A stretch of 64,000 nucleotides of DNA from Escherichia coli (GCF_044324875.1 NZ_CP172185.1); one strand, 5' to 3'. Positions 24,975 through 31,968 are shown, counted from the first letter of the stretch. Notes: generated by a model from the sequence alone, not told the origin. Numbers and translations: made by a program.

Positions 24975-25229
24975 TTAACCGGAACTTGCATTTTTGGCAC
25001 CTGGTTGTTTCTGGTTTTCGATCCATCGCATAATTTCTTCGATGTTGTACAGGCATTCACTGTAGTGCCCCGGATCACCTTCTACAGCGTAATGGCGGTA
25101 TTCTTTTCCCTGCATCCATGACTTTCTTCTTGCCCGCTCAATGGTGCCAGGCTTTAGCCCTGTTGATGCAATGAGGACTCTCTCCGTACACCATTTGCTG
25201 GGGGTTATCTGATAGATGATTGTCTGCAT
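24975..25229 (-). CDS. xis: Excisionase-like protein (DUF1233-type)
   Basis: 84 aa immediately upstream of int. The motif KWCTERVLIASTGLKPGTIERARRKSWMQGKEY resembles putative-excisionase family members I recall. Confidence 0.7.
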   Translation of the reverse strand: MQTIIYQITPSKWCTERVLIASTGLKPGTIERARRKSWMQGKEYRHYAVEGDPGHYSECLYNIEEIMRWIENQKQPGAKNASSG

Positions 25230-25247
25230 GCCAACCTCATAAAATTT

Positions 25248-25382
25248 TCATCCACGGCAGTGGCACCACACATCAAACATTCGCTTCACAACTTCACGAC
25301 AGTAGAAGCCGTCAACATCTCGCGTCAGGTCATAGCGATTGCCATAACGCTGGCGCACCCATAGTTCAAATGCTTTATTCAT
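25248..25382 (-). CDS. Hypothetical 44-aa protein
   Basis: Manual translation gives MNKAFELWVRQRYGNRYDLTRDVDGFYCREVVKRMFDVWCHCRG. It has an AAGGA Shine-Dalgarno-like sequence upstream and exactly fills the gap between its neighbours. Confidence 0.5.
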   Translation of the reverse strand: MNKAFELWVRQRYGNRYDLTRDVDGFYCREVVKRMFDVWCHCRG

Positions 25383-25385
25383 TCT

Positions 25386-25628
25386 TTACTTCCTTTTCAT
25401 GGCCCGTAATTTTTTCAGATGAGCTTCCTGCTCTGTTTCTGCCAGAATTTGTCGGTATTCCTGGTGATCGAGCCGTTCAAACAGTTCATTAAAATCGTTT
25501 ATTTTTACCGACTGTGTTCTCCCATCCATTCTTCTGTACAACACAGTGTTGTTTATGCAGCGAATAATTTTTACCGGGTAGCCAGCACTATCGGTGTATA
25601 TCTGACCACGTTGAATCAGAGCGAACAT
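25386..25628 (-). CDS. Hypothetical phage protein (DUF4222-like)
   Basis: 80-aa ORF, tightly packed in the leftward operon. The family assignment is from memory only. Confidence 0.65.
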   Translation of the reverse strand: MFALIQRGQIYTDSAGYPVKIIRCINNTVLYRRMDGRTQSVKINDFNELFERLDHQEYRQILAETEQEAHLKKLRAMKRK

Positions 25629-25632
25629 TCCT

Positions 25633-25719
25633 TTATCCCCAGCGGAAAAGCGAATACAGAATAAATGCCACCGCTATTGCAACTCCTACTGCGGTGAATG
25701 CTTCAGGCCAATTCATCAT
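25633..25719 (-). CDS. 28-aa single-TM peptide
   Basis: Manual translation gives MMNWPEAFTAVGVAIAVAFILYSLFRWG. GGAGG lies 5-8 nt upstream. The start overlaps the stop of the upstream 209-aa gene (ATGA). Confidence 0.55.
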   Translation of the reverse strand: MMNWPEAFTAVGVAIAVAFILYSLFRWG

Positions 25720-26345
25720 TTCACCTCCACGCCGATCCCGGCAATAACACAATCCCGTTTGATAGCTTCTTTCACCCAGCGTTTATAGGTTTCCGGATGG
25801 AATTTTGCGTTTTTTCCGGTACCGCTCCAGAATGCCTTTGATGTGATATCGGGCAGGGTGATGGTCAGGCCTTTCTTCTTGCTGCCTTCAGAACTTTTGC
25901 AAAAAGTTAATGCGTCGCGTAGTTCTTTAACACACGCATAGTTTTCTGCTTTCTCTGGGTCGCCGGTACGGTGTTCAGCTTCTTGTCTGCACCATTTGAT
26001 GACTTTCTCTGCGGCTGCGTGGAGACGCTGACGTTGCCAGTCGTATGTGTCGACCAGCCCATATGCGTGATTCTTTGCTTTGCTTAATTCAGCGACGAGG
26101 CATTCGGAATCAATCAAATTATTTTCCGCAGCGGACAGCGCTTGTTTAAGTCGCTCGATTTCTTGAGCCATGTAGTAGCCGGTTTTACTCCAGGTATCGA
26201 CATCATCGTCACTCATATCCAGTTCCATCGACGCCATCAGAACGGCGTCGTGATAGTTCTGGCTACCGCAGGTGATTGCAACGACGTAGGAGTCACTATT
26301 TTCTCGTTTATGGATAAGTACAACTGGGTTTTTGATCTTGCTCAT
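25716..26345 (-). CDS. Hypothetical phage early protein with central coiled coil (possibly Ead/Ea22-like)
   Basis: 209-aa ORF with a heptad-like segment EIERLKQALSAAENNLIDSECLVAELSKAKN. Confidence 0.7.
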   Translation of the reverse strand: MSKIKNPVVLIHKRENSDSYVVAITCGSQNYHDAVLMASMELDMSDDDVDTWSKTGYYMAQEIERLKQALSAAENNLIDSECLVAELSKAKNHAYGLVDTYDWQRQRLHAAAEKVIKWCRQEAEHRTGDPEKAENYACVKELRDALTFCKSSEGSKKKGLTITLPDITSKAFWSGTGKNAKFHPETYKRWVKEAIKRDCVIAGIGVEVK

Positions 26346-26353
26346 TCCGCACC

Positions 26354-26449
26354 TCAGTAATTCATTAAAAATTTATATTCAATCAGCGCACCGAAAACGA
26401 CGGACGCCAGCAGCAGACCAAACAGCATGGACAGGAGGAATGACTTCAT
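26354..26449 (-). CDS. 31-aa single-TM peptide
   Basis: Manual translation gives MKSFLLSMLFGLLLASVVFGALIEYKFLMNY. A GGGAGG Shine-Dalgarno sequence is present. The start overlaps the stop of the upstream 74-aa gene. Confidence 0.55.
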   Translation of the reverse strand: MKSFLLSMLFGLLLASVVFGALIEYKFLMNY

Positions 26450-26670
26450 CGCTTTGCCTCCCGCTGTACGATTTTGTAGGCGCGCAGGATGTCGCGTGTT
26501 TTTCCTGACAACGATGACTTAACCCAGAAAAAGCCGCTGCGGTTTTCATAGATCCCCTGTACATTAAACAGCACCGCATCAACAACGCGGTTATGCTTTT
26601 GCAATGTCAGGCAGGAACTGGTGATCACGATGTTCGCTACGGCGCCATAGTCCTTGTATTGGATTTTCAT
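26446..26670 (-). CDS. Hypothetical 74-aa protein
   Basis: ORF abuts the stop of the upstream gene with no intergenic gap. Confidence 0.6.
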   Translation of the reverse strand: MKIQYKDYGAVANIVITSSCLTLQKHNRVVDAVLFNVQGIYENRSGFFWVKSSLSGKTRDILRAYKIVQREAKR

Positions 26671-27009
26671 TTACATGTTCCCCATAACGGTATCGCTCAT
26701 GTCGTTAACCATGCTCTGCCAGATTTCTTTGCCGCTTTGCGTCAGCTCGTTTCCACGAACGCATTTGCTTAACAGCTGAATACCAACGGCTTCCCATTGG
26801 GGGTAATTTTCTTTGATAGCCTTCAGAGCATAACCATCGATTAAATCCCTGATACCTTTAACCCCACCGATGATGTTTACTCGTATGGATTGCCCATTGA
26901 CATTAATCATGAAATGATCTCCGTTGGTGGCGGATATGTGGTTGTGCAGTGCAGCCGCATACTGATTTGCCAGCGCATTGAGGCGGAAATTTTGTGTAAT
27001 GAGTGGCAT
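26671..27009 (-). CDS. Hypothetical 112-aa protein
   Basis: The start overlaps the stop of the upstream gene (TAATG). Confidence 0.65.
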   Translation of the reverse strand: MPLITQNFRLNALANQYAAALHNHISATNGDHFMINVNGQSIRVNIIGGVKGIRDLIDGYALKAIKENYPQWEAVGIQLLSKCVRGNELTQSGKEIWQSMVNDMSDTVMGNM

Positions 27010-27755
27010 TATTTACCCTCCCAACCAATCACCTGAAACAGCCCCATTTTCGGGTGATACCAGCGGGTACCGCGTGGCTCTGCCTCTGACATCATCTGAT
27101 GAAATGCTTTCATGAACGGCTCAAGCTCCACGATAGCCCGGCGAGAAAGAAGACCATCTGGCGTCATAAATTCGTGCGTATCGGTTGGGATGCTGTAGGC
27201 ATTGACCAGATTGCGGCACTTGGCATCAGTCATTCCGCTTTTGGCGACCACCTGGCGATAACCGACATATCCGGCGCGCATATTTCCGCGTTTGATGTTC
27301 TCCACAGCTTTGGTGACCGTTTCGATCTTCTCTTCAACATGACTCAGGCGCTTCTGCTGGCGAACGGCATCGGCGGCCATTGCAGCGATCATCTCCATTT
27401 CCGTCAGCGGCGCGTGAGTTCGGAAATAGCTGTTAACCAGTTCGCGCTGAACCTGCCATGCAAGAGTATCGTTAAAAGGCTTCGTCAACATCAGGTAACC
27501 AGACTCGAAAAGAATGATCCCTTTGGCAGTTCGCGCGGCAAAGGCATCAGAAAGTGACTCCGTACGTATTACGTCCGCAGTCATTTCAAGAAAATCCACC
27601 CCTTCGATAAAGTGAGAACGGTTGCGGTTAAACGCAGCACGGGCGGTACCTTCCGGGCGCTGGTGGACGTCATCAATCATTGCAAATGTCACAACACGCT
27701 GACCGCGATATTCGATTACCGGAAACTGTTTGTTGTTGATGGTTACAGTATTCAT
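27009..27755 (-). CDS. ORF6N/KilA-N-type DNA-binding protein (antirepressor-like)
   Basis: 248 aa from MNTVTINNKQFPVIEYRGQRVVTFAMIDDVHQRPEGTARAAFNRNRSHFIEGVDF (ORF6N-like N-terminus), with a GGAG Shine-Dalgarno sequence. The track ORF is extended upstream. Confidence 0.7.
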   Translation of the reverse strand: MNTVTINNKQFPVIEYRGQRVVTFAMIDDVHQRPEGTARAAFNRNRSHFIEGVDFLEMTADVIRTESLSDAFAARTAKGIILFESGYLMLTKPFNDTLAWQVQRELVNSYFRTHAPLTEMEMIAAMAADAVRQQKRLSHVEEKIETVTKAVENIKRGNMRAGYVGYRQVVAKSGMTDAKCRNLVNAYSIPTDTHEFMTPDGLLSRRAIVELEPFMKAFHQMMSEAEPRGTRWYHPKMGLFQVIGWEGK

Positions 27756-27798
27756 TTTTATCTCCAGACAGCCCGGCGTGTAATACCGGGCATATGTA

Positions 27799-28626
27799 TT
27801 ACTTAACCTGAATAAATGGTGTGTTGGCACCGCTGGTCATGTATTGCGGCAGTGTACCGTTCCACTTGTTGATGGCTTCCAGCTCCATAACGTTTGGGTT
27901 CTGGCGCAGAGCTTCACCGCGTAAACGAATAGCATCGGCTTCGGCCTGGGCTTTTGTGCGAATCGCATCTGCCTGTCCGGCAGCTTCCGCGCGCAACATG
28001 TTGGCTTCCGCTTCGCGCTGTTTTACTTCCTGCTCGCGTTGCAGGGTTTTCTGGTTGGCCGTGACTTTGGCATTAATGCTGTCGATAACAGTAGGCGGGT
28101 ACTCCGGCTTACCCACATATGAGAGGCTCATTACCTGAATACCGATGGGCGTCATTTCTTCCTGAATGTCTTTAAGAGCTGCATCCAGCAGCTCAGACTT
28201 GCCGCCGTCGATAAATTTGTCGGTGGTCATTTTGCTGGCCAGTCGGTTGAGTGCGTCGGCTATCTTCTGGCGCAGGTCGGTGTCGGTAATGTCGTCCACG
28301 CCTTTGCGGTAGGTCTGAAAGACTGTGGTAACTTTGGATGGATCAACTTTGTAGGCCACGCCGATGTGATAGCCGATGGTTGTACCGTCACTCATCTGGA
28401 AACTGAATGGATCATCGTAGGTCTTCATCTGCTTAAAGGTCGGGAAGATGTAAACCTCAGTGTTCCATCCCGTCCAGTAGCGCCCAACACCGACCACTTC
28501 ACCGACGCCTTTATCGTCGCCCAGTTTGTTTACTTTGATGCCCACATTACCAGGCTCAACGCGATCGCAACCGACAAGGCCAATGGTCGGCAGAACAATG
28601 GCTAAAGCAAAAAGTAATTTTTTCAT
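27799..28626 (-). CDS. SPFH/band-7 (prohibitin-like) lipoprotein, predicted inner-membrane anchored
   Basis: 275 aa with a signal peptide and the lipobox LVGC followed by Asp (+2). It has an SPFH-like core and an Ala/Glu/Gln-rich coiled coil (QREQEVKQREAEANMLRAEAAGQADAIRTKAQAEADAIRLRGEA). Confidence 0.8.
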   Translation of the reverse strand: MKKLLFALAIVLPTIGLVGCDRVEPGNVGIKVNKLGDDKGVGEVVGVGRYWTGWNTEVYIFPTFKQMKTYDDPFSFQMSDGTTIGYHIGVAYKVDPSKVTTVFQTYRKGVDDITDTDLRQKIADALNRLASKMTTDKFIDGGKSELLDAALKDIQEEMTPIGIQVMSLSYVGKPEYPPTVIDSINAKVTANQKTLQREQEVKQREAEANMLRAEAAGQADAIRTKAQAEADAIRLRGEALRQNPNVMELEAINKWNGTLPQYMTSGANTPFIQVK

Positions 28627-28811
28627 CTTTTATCCTTAGAAAAAGAAAGACCCTTATAAATGGCATAAATGCAGGGCGGGGTCAGACACGCCAGAGCAAA
28701 GCCAGAAATCACTGCTATCGTATCCTTCATGGATATAAGGAACGGAACGAGTAATCCGTAAATGCATGCGATAATTGCCAGTAAAATTACTATTGTGAAA
28801 TACAGTCTCAT
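28623..28811 (-). CDS. 62-aa two-TM membrane protein, translationally coupled to the SPFH gene
   Basis: Two hydrophobic spans (YFTIVILLAIIACIYGLLVPFLI and TIAVISGFALACLTPPCIYAIY). Its stop overlaps the SPFH ATG (ATGA). Confidence 0.6.
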   Translation of the reverse strand: MRLYFTIVILLAIIACIYGLLVPFLISMKDTIAVISGFALACLTPPCIYAIYKGLSFSKDKR

Positions 28812-28834
28812 TGGTCTGTGGTATCCCGATATTT

Positions 28835-28942
28835 TTAACCGACTGACAGCGCAATAAAGAGAATAATGATTTCTGTTAGTGTCAGCACTGTGGCAAGGAT
28901 TAAAATCAGTTTTACTCTGTTTAATTCACGGTTGCTTTTCAT
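28835..28942 (-). CDS. 35-aa single-TM peptide
   Basis: Manual translation gives MKSNRELNRVKLILILATVLTLTEIIILFIALSVG. The Shine-Dalgarno sequence is weak. It lies just downstream of a hairpin with a T-run. Confidence 0.35.
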   Translation of the reverse strand: MKSNRELNRVKLILILATVLTLTEIIILFIALSVG

Positions 28943-28954
28943 ATAAACGGTTAG

Positions 28955-28980
28955 TAAAAAACGGAAGAATTATTTTCTTC
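28955..28980 (-). terminator. Intrinsic-terminator-like hairpin inside the leftward operon
   Basis: The minus strand reads GAAGAA-AATAA-TTCTTC-C-GTTTTTT. Confidence 0.5.
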
Positions 28981-28987
28981 TTAATAT

Positions 28988-29569
28988 TTAATGTGTCACT
29001 GGCGCTTCTGGCATACCATGAGTATTCAGGTCGTGAATCATTTCATCCAGAAGGAGTTCAAGCCCTTCGCGCCCCATAGCAGAGAGAATGAAACCATTAT
29101 CAGGATCTGCGATGAGCATTTTTTGATAGAGAAACAGAACTCGCCCCATGCCTTCAGTTTCGCCATATTTTTCAATAAATCCCCATTCGACATGGTTTTG
29201 CAGGGCAATGCGAAGTGGTCCTGGGTATATACTTATGCAACCATGTTTCCCCTTGTAAATAACTGCGCGATCTGTCGTCCCGTTATCGTTAGGGATATCA
29301 ATAGTGCCGTTCTTGTCTTCCTCTTCACTGATAAACTTCATCACATACAGCCAGCGCCACTGAGCAACCTTCAGATCGACTGAAAATCTTCCCAGCAATC
29401 CGGCATCATCAGCTTCGGCAAGACATTGCATGATTCTTAAACCGTGCCAGTATGGATTATCGAATTCGCCATCATTAAGCCGCTGTACGGCCTGAATATA
29501 ATTAATGGTTGTATTACCAATTTTTATGCCATGTGGCGTTACTTCTGGTCGGAACTCTGAATGATTCAT
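28988..29569 (-). CDS. Hypothetical 193-aa protein
   Basis: ORF from MNHSEFRPEV, preceded by AAGGAG. It lies in an AT-rich block. I recognise no motif. Confidence 0.7.
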   Translation of the reverse strand: MNHSEFRPEVTPHGIKIGNTTINYIQAVQRLNDGEFDNPYWHGLRIMQCLAEADDAGLLGRFSVDLKVAQWRWLYVMKFISEEEDKNGTIDIPNDNGTTDRAVIYKGKHGCISIYPGPLRIALQNHVEWGFIEKYGETEGMGRVLFLYQKMLIADPDNGFILSAMGREGLELLLDEMIHDLNTHGMPEAPVTH

Positions 29570-29754
29570 AATATTTGCTCCTTTGCTGGTGGAATAATCG
29601 TGTAGCCAGCTCTTTTTGCCATCCACAGAAATGTATCCATGCAGCCAACGAATTCATTATCCAGCAGATGTTTTGAGTAAATTACTTCACCATTTTCAAT
29701 GGTTAGCAACACTCTTACTTTTTTATGTGTTATGTTTTGTTGTTTTTCTTCCAT
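29566..29754 (-). CDS. Hypothetical 62-aa protein
   Basis: ORF from MEEKQQNITH, preceded by GGGAG. Its stop overlaps the start of the next gene (ATGA). Confidence 0.6.
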   Translation of the reverse strand: MEEKQQNITHKKVRVLLTIENGEVIYSKHLLDNEFVGCMDTFLWMAKRAGYTIIPPAKEQIL

Positions 29755-29758
29755 TGAC

Positions 29759-29872
29759 TTATCTCCCATATGCTTTGCGCAAATACAGGTTGGCTATATG
29801 AAGATAAGAATCTCCATGTTGTGCAATGAGGCAGGCAGTTTTATACGATGCCTTATGTTTCAGGAAAGTCAT
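29759..29872 (-). CDS. Hypothetical 37-aa protein
   Basis: Manual translation gives MTFLKHKASYKTACLIAQHGDSYLHIANLYLRKAYGR. AGGAG lies 8 nt upstream. Confidence 0.4.
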   Translation of the reverse strand: MTFLKHKASYKTACLIAQHGDSYLHIANLYLRKAYGR

Positions 29873-29950
29873 AACATAATCTCCTGCGAATAAAGGTTGC
29901 AACAATCCCCGGCGATAAAACCGTAATAAACATTCAGGGAATATTTATTG

Positions 29951-30316
29951 TTATTGCGCTAATTCTTTTTCGGCAGCAGATTTTGCATATTCACATGCAA
30001 AATTCAGAATTTCGCTGCCAAGTGTTTTTGTTTCGTGATTACTGGACATATGTAATACCTGTGTTGCATGCAATAAATGATAAACATTTACCGCAAATGA
30101 GTCCGGCTCCAGACAAATGCCTTCATAATCATCTTGTTGTGAGGTTGTTTCTGTCATTGCTCCTGAAGTGCATGCGAGCCTGTTTTTGACAATTCTCTTT
30201 CCTCTAATCACTATATCGGCAACATCTATTGCCTTTACAACCTCCGGGAGAAGTTCCGGGTTTGTATAATCAAAGTCATCAACATGGAGAACAGTTATGT
30301 TTTCGAACTTTTTCAT
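29951..30316 (-). CDS. Hypothetical 121-aa protein
   Basis: ORF in the AT-rich block. I recognise no motif. Confidence 0.65.
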   Translation of the reverse strand: MKKFENITVLHVDDFDYTNPELLPEVVKAIDVADIVIRGKRIVKNRLACTSGAMTETTSQQDDYEGICLEPDSFAVNVYHLLHATQVLHMSSNHETKTLGSEILNFACEYAKSAAEKELAQ

Positions 30317-30557
30317 GGCTTCCTCAGCTGACTTATATGTTCTGCTATATAGCGAGTCTCAGAAGTGTTTTCATATTGAGACTGTTTCCGCAATGATTGA
30401 TAAAAATGTTCGCATGTACCTTGAGGGGCGAAGCGGCGATTATGTCACCATTGGTATTGGTTCTTCCGTAGAAGAGCTTCGCGAGATAAGGAGCAAACTT
30501 GTTGAGATGCGTCATGGTGTTGCTGCTCCTCACTTTTTGGTTGCTCCGGAGGAGTAA
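30297..30557 (+). CDS. Possible 86-aa protein encoded antisense to the leftward operon
   Basis: ORF MFSNFFMASSADLYVLLYSESQKCFHIETVSAMIDKN... with GGAGA 7 nt upstream. It overlaps the 5' end of the 121-aa gene and 113 bp of the 3' end of the HTH gene. Which strand is coding in the overlap cannot be settled by eye. Confidence 0.3.
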   Translation: MFSNFFMASSADLYVLLYSESQKCFHIETVSAMIDKNVRMYLEGRSGDYVTIGIGSSVEELREIRSKLVEMRHGVAAPHFLVAPEE

Positions 30558-30903
30558 CCTCGCCAGTTAACAGCCACATCGGATCACAGCCAAGAACATT
30601 AGCCAGAGGGATAATCTGGCTTGCCAGAGGCTCCCTCTTGCCACTTTCCCACTGGATGATAATTTCTTCATCGAGATTGAGCAGCCTGGCGAGTTCGGCG
30701 GTTGTTAAGCCGCAGGCTTCGCGTTGGGTGTCAATAGAGCGATATTTTTTGTTTCCAGAAGGTAACAGAACACGTTTTATCTGTTGGATTTTTTCTATTG
30801 CAACTTCAATGAGTATGTTGCGGTTTCTTTCTGATGCAGACTCCATGCTTTCATGAAGTAGTGATTCTGCTTGTTCGATAAGAATCAGTTGTAAAGAAGA
30901 CAT
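30445..30903 (-). CDS. XRE-family HTH protein with N-terminal helical extension; first gene of the PL operon
   Basis: 152 aa. The HTH segment is ACGLTTAELARLLNLDEEIIIQWESGKREPLASQIIPLANVLGCDPMWLLTGE. A GAGG Shine-Dalgarno sequence is present and a TTGACA promoter lies upstream. Confidence 0.75.
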   Translation of the reverse strand: MSSLQLILIEQAESLLHESMESASERNRNILIEVAIEKIQQIKRVLLPSGNKKYRSIDTQREACGLTTAELARLLNLDEEIIIQWESGKREPLASQIIPLANVLGCDPMWLLTGEVTPPEQPKSEEQQHHDASQQVCSLSREALLRKNQYQW

Positions 30904-30911
30904 AAGAAAAC

Positions 30912-30948
30912 CTCGTAACCAACATTTCGAAATCTAGGTTACGAGTGA
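30912..30948. promoter_or_regulatory. Candidate OL operator
   Basis: ctcgtaacc-N16-ggttacgag inverted repeat containing ATTTCGAAAT. It shares the 12-mer gaaatctaggtt with the OR region (31704-31715). Confidence 0.5.
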
Positions 30949-30964
30949 GTAATGTAGGTGTCAA
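30936..30964 (-). promoter_or_regulatory. Candidate PL promoter
   Basis: The minus strand reads TTGACA (30964-30959), a 17-nt spacer, then TAACCT (30941-30936). It overlaps an operator-like palindrome. Confidence 0.55.
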
Positions 30965-30988
30965 GTGTAATTGATAATTTTTTGTTGA

Positions 30989-31648
30989 TTAAATTTGCAT
31001 ACGCATCTCAACGACAACACCAAGAATTTCACAATCGCCATTGATAGGGATCAGTGGATAGCGTGGGTTTAGTGGTTTTAAGAAACATTGTCCTGCGTCT
31101 TCAATGTACTGTTTGAGGGTTGCTTCACCGGAATTTTTGAGTCTAGCGACAACATATTTTCCTGAAAAAACTTCTTTGTCAGGGTTTACAAGAATGTTCA
31201 TGCCTTCAAAGATTGAGAACTCCCCATTCTGTGACGTCATTGAGTCACCTTTTACCTCCAGCCAGAATCCGTTATCTCCTGCATATATATCGCTACCGAT
31301 CCAATCTTCTGGATAAGGTATGTAATCTTCGCAGTTCCAAGGGCCGGCGCTCACCCATGTTAATTTTGGGTATCTGTAACGCGTTGGAGAAGCTGGTTTG
31401 GGGTTTCGAACGTTTTGAATACTATCTGTAGGTGAAGGTTCGCTACCATCAAGGAGCCATTTAGGTGAGCATTTTAATGCATCTGCGATCCTGAATAGGT
31501 TTGACGATCTTGTGTCTTGTGAGTCTCCTAACTCTATTTTGCTGATTGTTACACGTGAGACACCCGTCAATTTTGCCAGGTCATCTTGTGACATGCCTAG
31601 CTGAACTCTACGCATTAACAATCTCTGTCCAAAACTATCGTGTTCCAT
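30989..31648 (-). CDS. cI: CI-type prophage repressor (XRE HTH + S24 LexA-like autopeptidase)
   Basis: 219 aa with an N-terminal HTH (MSQDDLAKLTGVSRVTISKIELG) and C-terminal S24 motifs (GDSM ... K). It is divergent from cro. Confidence 0.9.
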   Translation of the reverse strand: MEHDSFGQRLLMRRVQLGMSQDDLAKLTGVSRVTISKIELGDSQDTRSSNLFRIADALKCSPKWLLDGSEPSPTDSIQNVRNPKPASPTRYRYPKLTWVSAGPWNCEDYIPYPEDWIGSDIYAGDNGFWLEVKGDSMTSQNGEFSIFEGMNILVNPDKEVFSGKYVVARLKNSGEATLKQYIEDAGQCFLKPLNPRYPLIPINGDCEILGVVVEMRMQI

Positions 31649-31657
31649 CTTTTCTCT

Positions 31658-31748
31658 CCGTTGTCGAAATGATTTTTTCGAAACAAATATATCAAAAAAT
31701 ATTGAAATCTAGGTTTCGCAAAACTAAGATTGTTCGAAACAAACGTGT
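31658..31748. promoter_or_regulatory. Candidate tripartite OR operator region
   Basis: Three imperfect palindromes are built on TTCGAAA/TTTCG cores: ttgtcgaaatgattttttcgaaacaa, ttgaaatctaggtttcgcaa and ttgttcgaaacaa. Confidence 0.55.
31702..31730 (+). promoter_or_regulatory. Candidate PR promoter
   Basis: TTGAAA (31702-31707), a 17-nt spacer, then TAAGAT (31725-31730), about 28 nt upstream of the cro ATG. Confidence 0.5.
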
Positions 31749-31758
31749 CGAGGTCGAT

Positions 31759-31968
31759 ATGGATTTGTATGAAATTCTAAAAAACATATTTGGTTCGAAT
31801 GTTGAGATCGGTCGCCATTTTCCCCGAAAGGGAAGGGCTAGAACTGGACAGGCTGTAGGAAAGTGGAAAAAACAAGGGGTACCGGAGGATGTAGCGATTC
31901 TTTGCCATCTGGATCCCGCAATTCCTTATCAGCATCCGCCTCTCACGAACGGTAGTAATGGCGTATGA
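31759..31968 (+). CDS. cro: Cro-like repressor (YdaS/DUF1019-type HTH)
   Basis: 69 aa from MDLYEILKNIFGSNVEIGRHF. It is divergent from cI across the operator region. Confidence 0.75.
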   Translation: MDLYEILKNIFGSNVEIGRHFPRKGRARTGQAVGKWKKQGVPEDVAILCHLDPAIPYQHPPLTNGSNGV

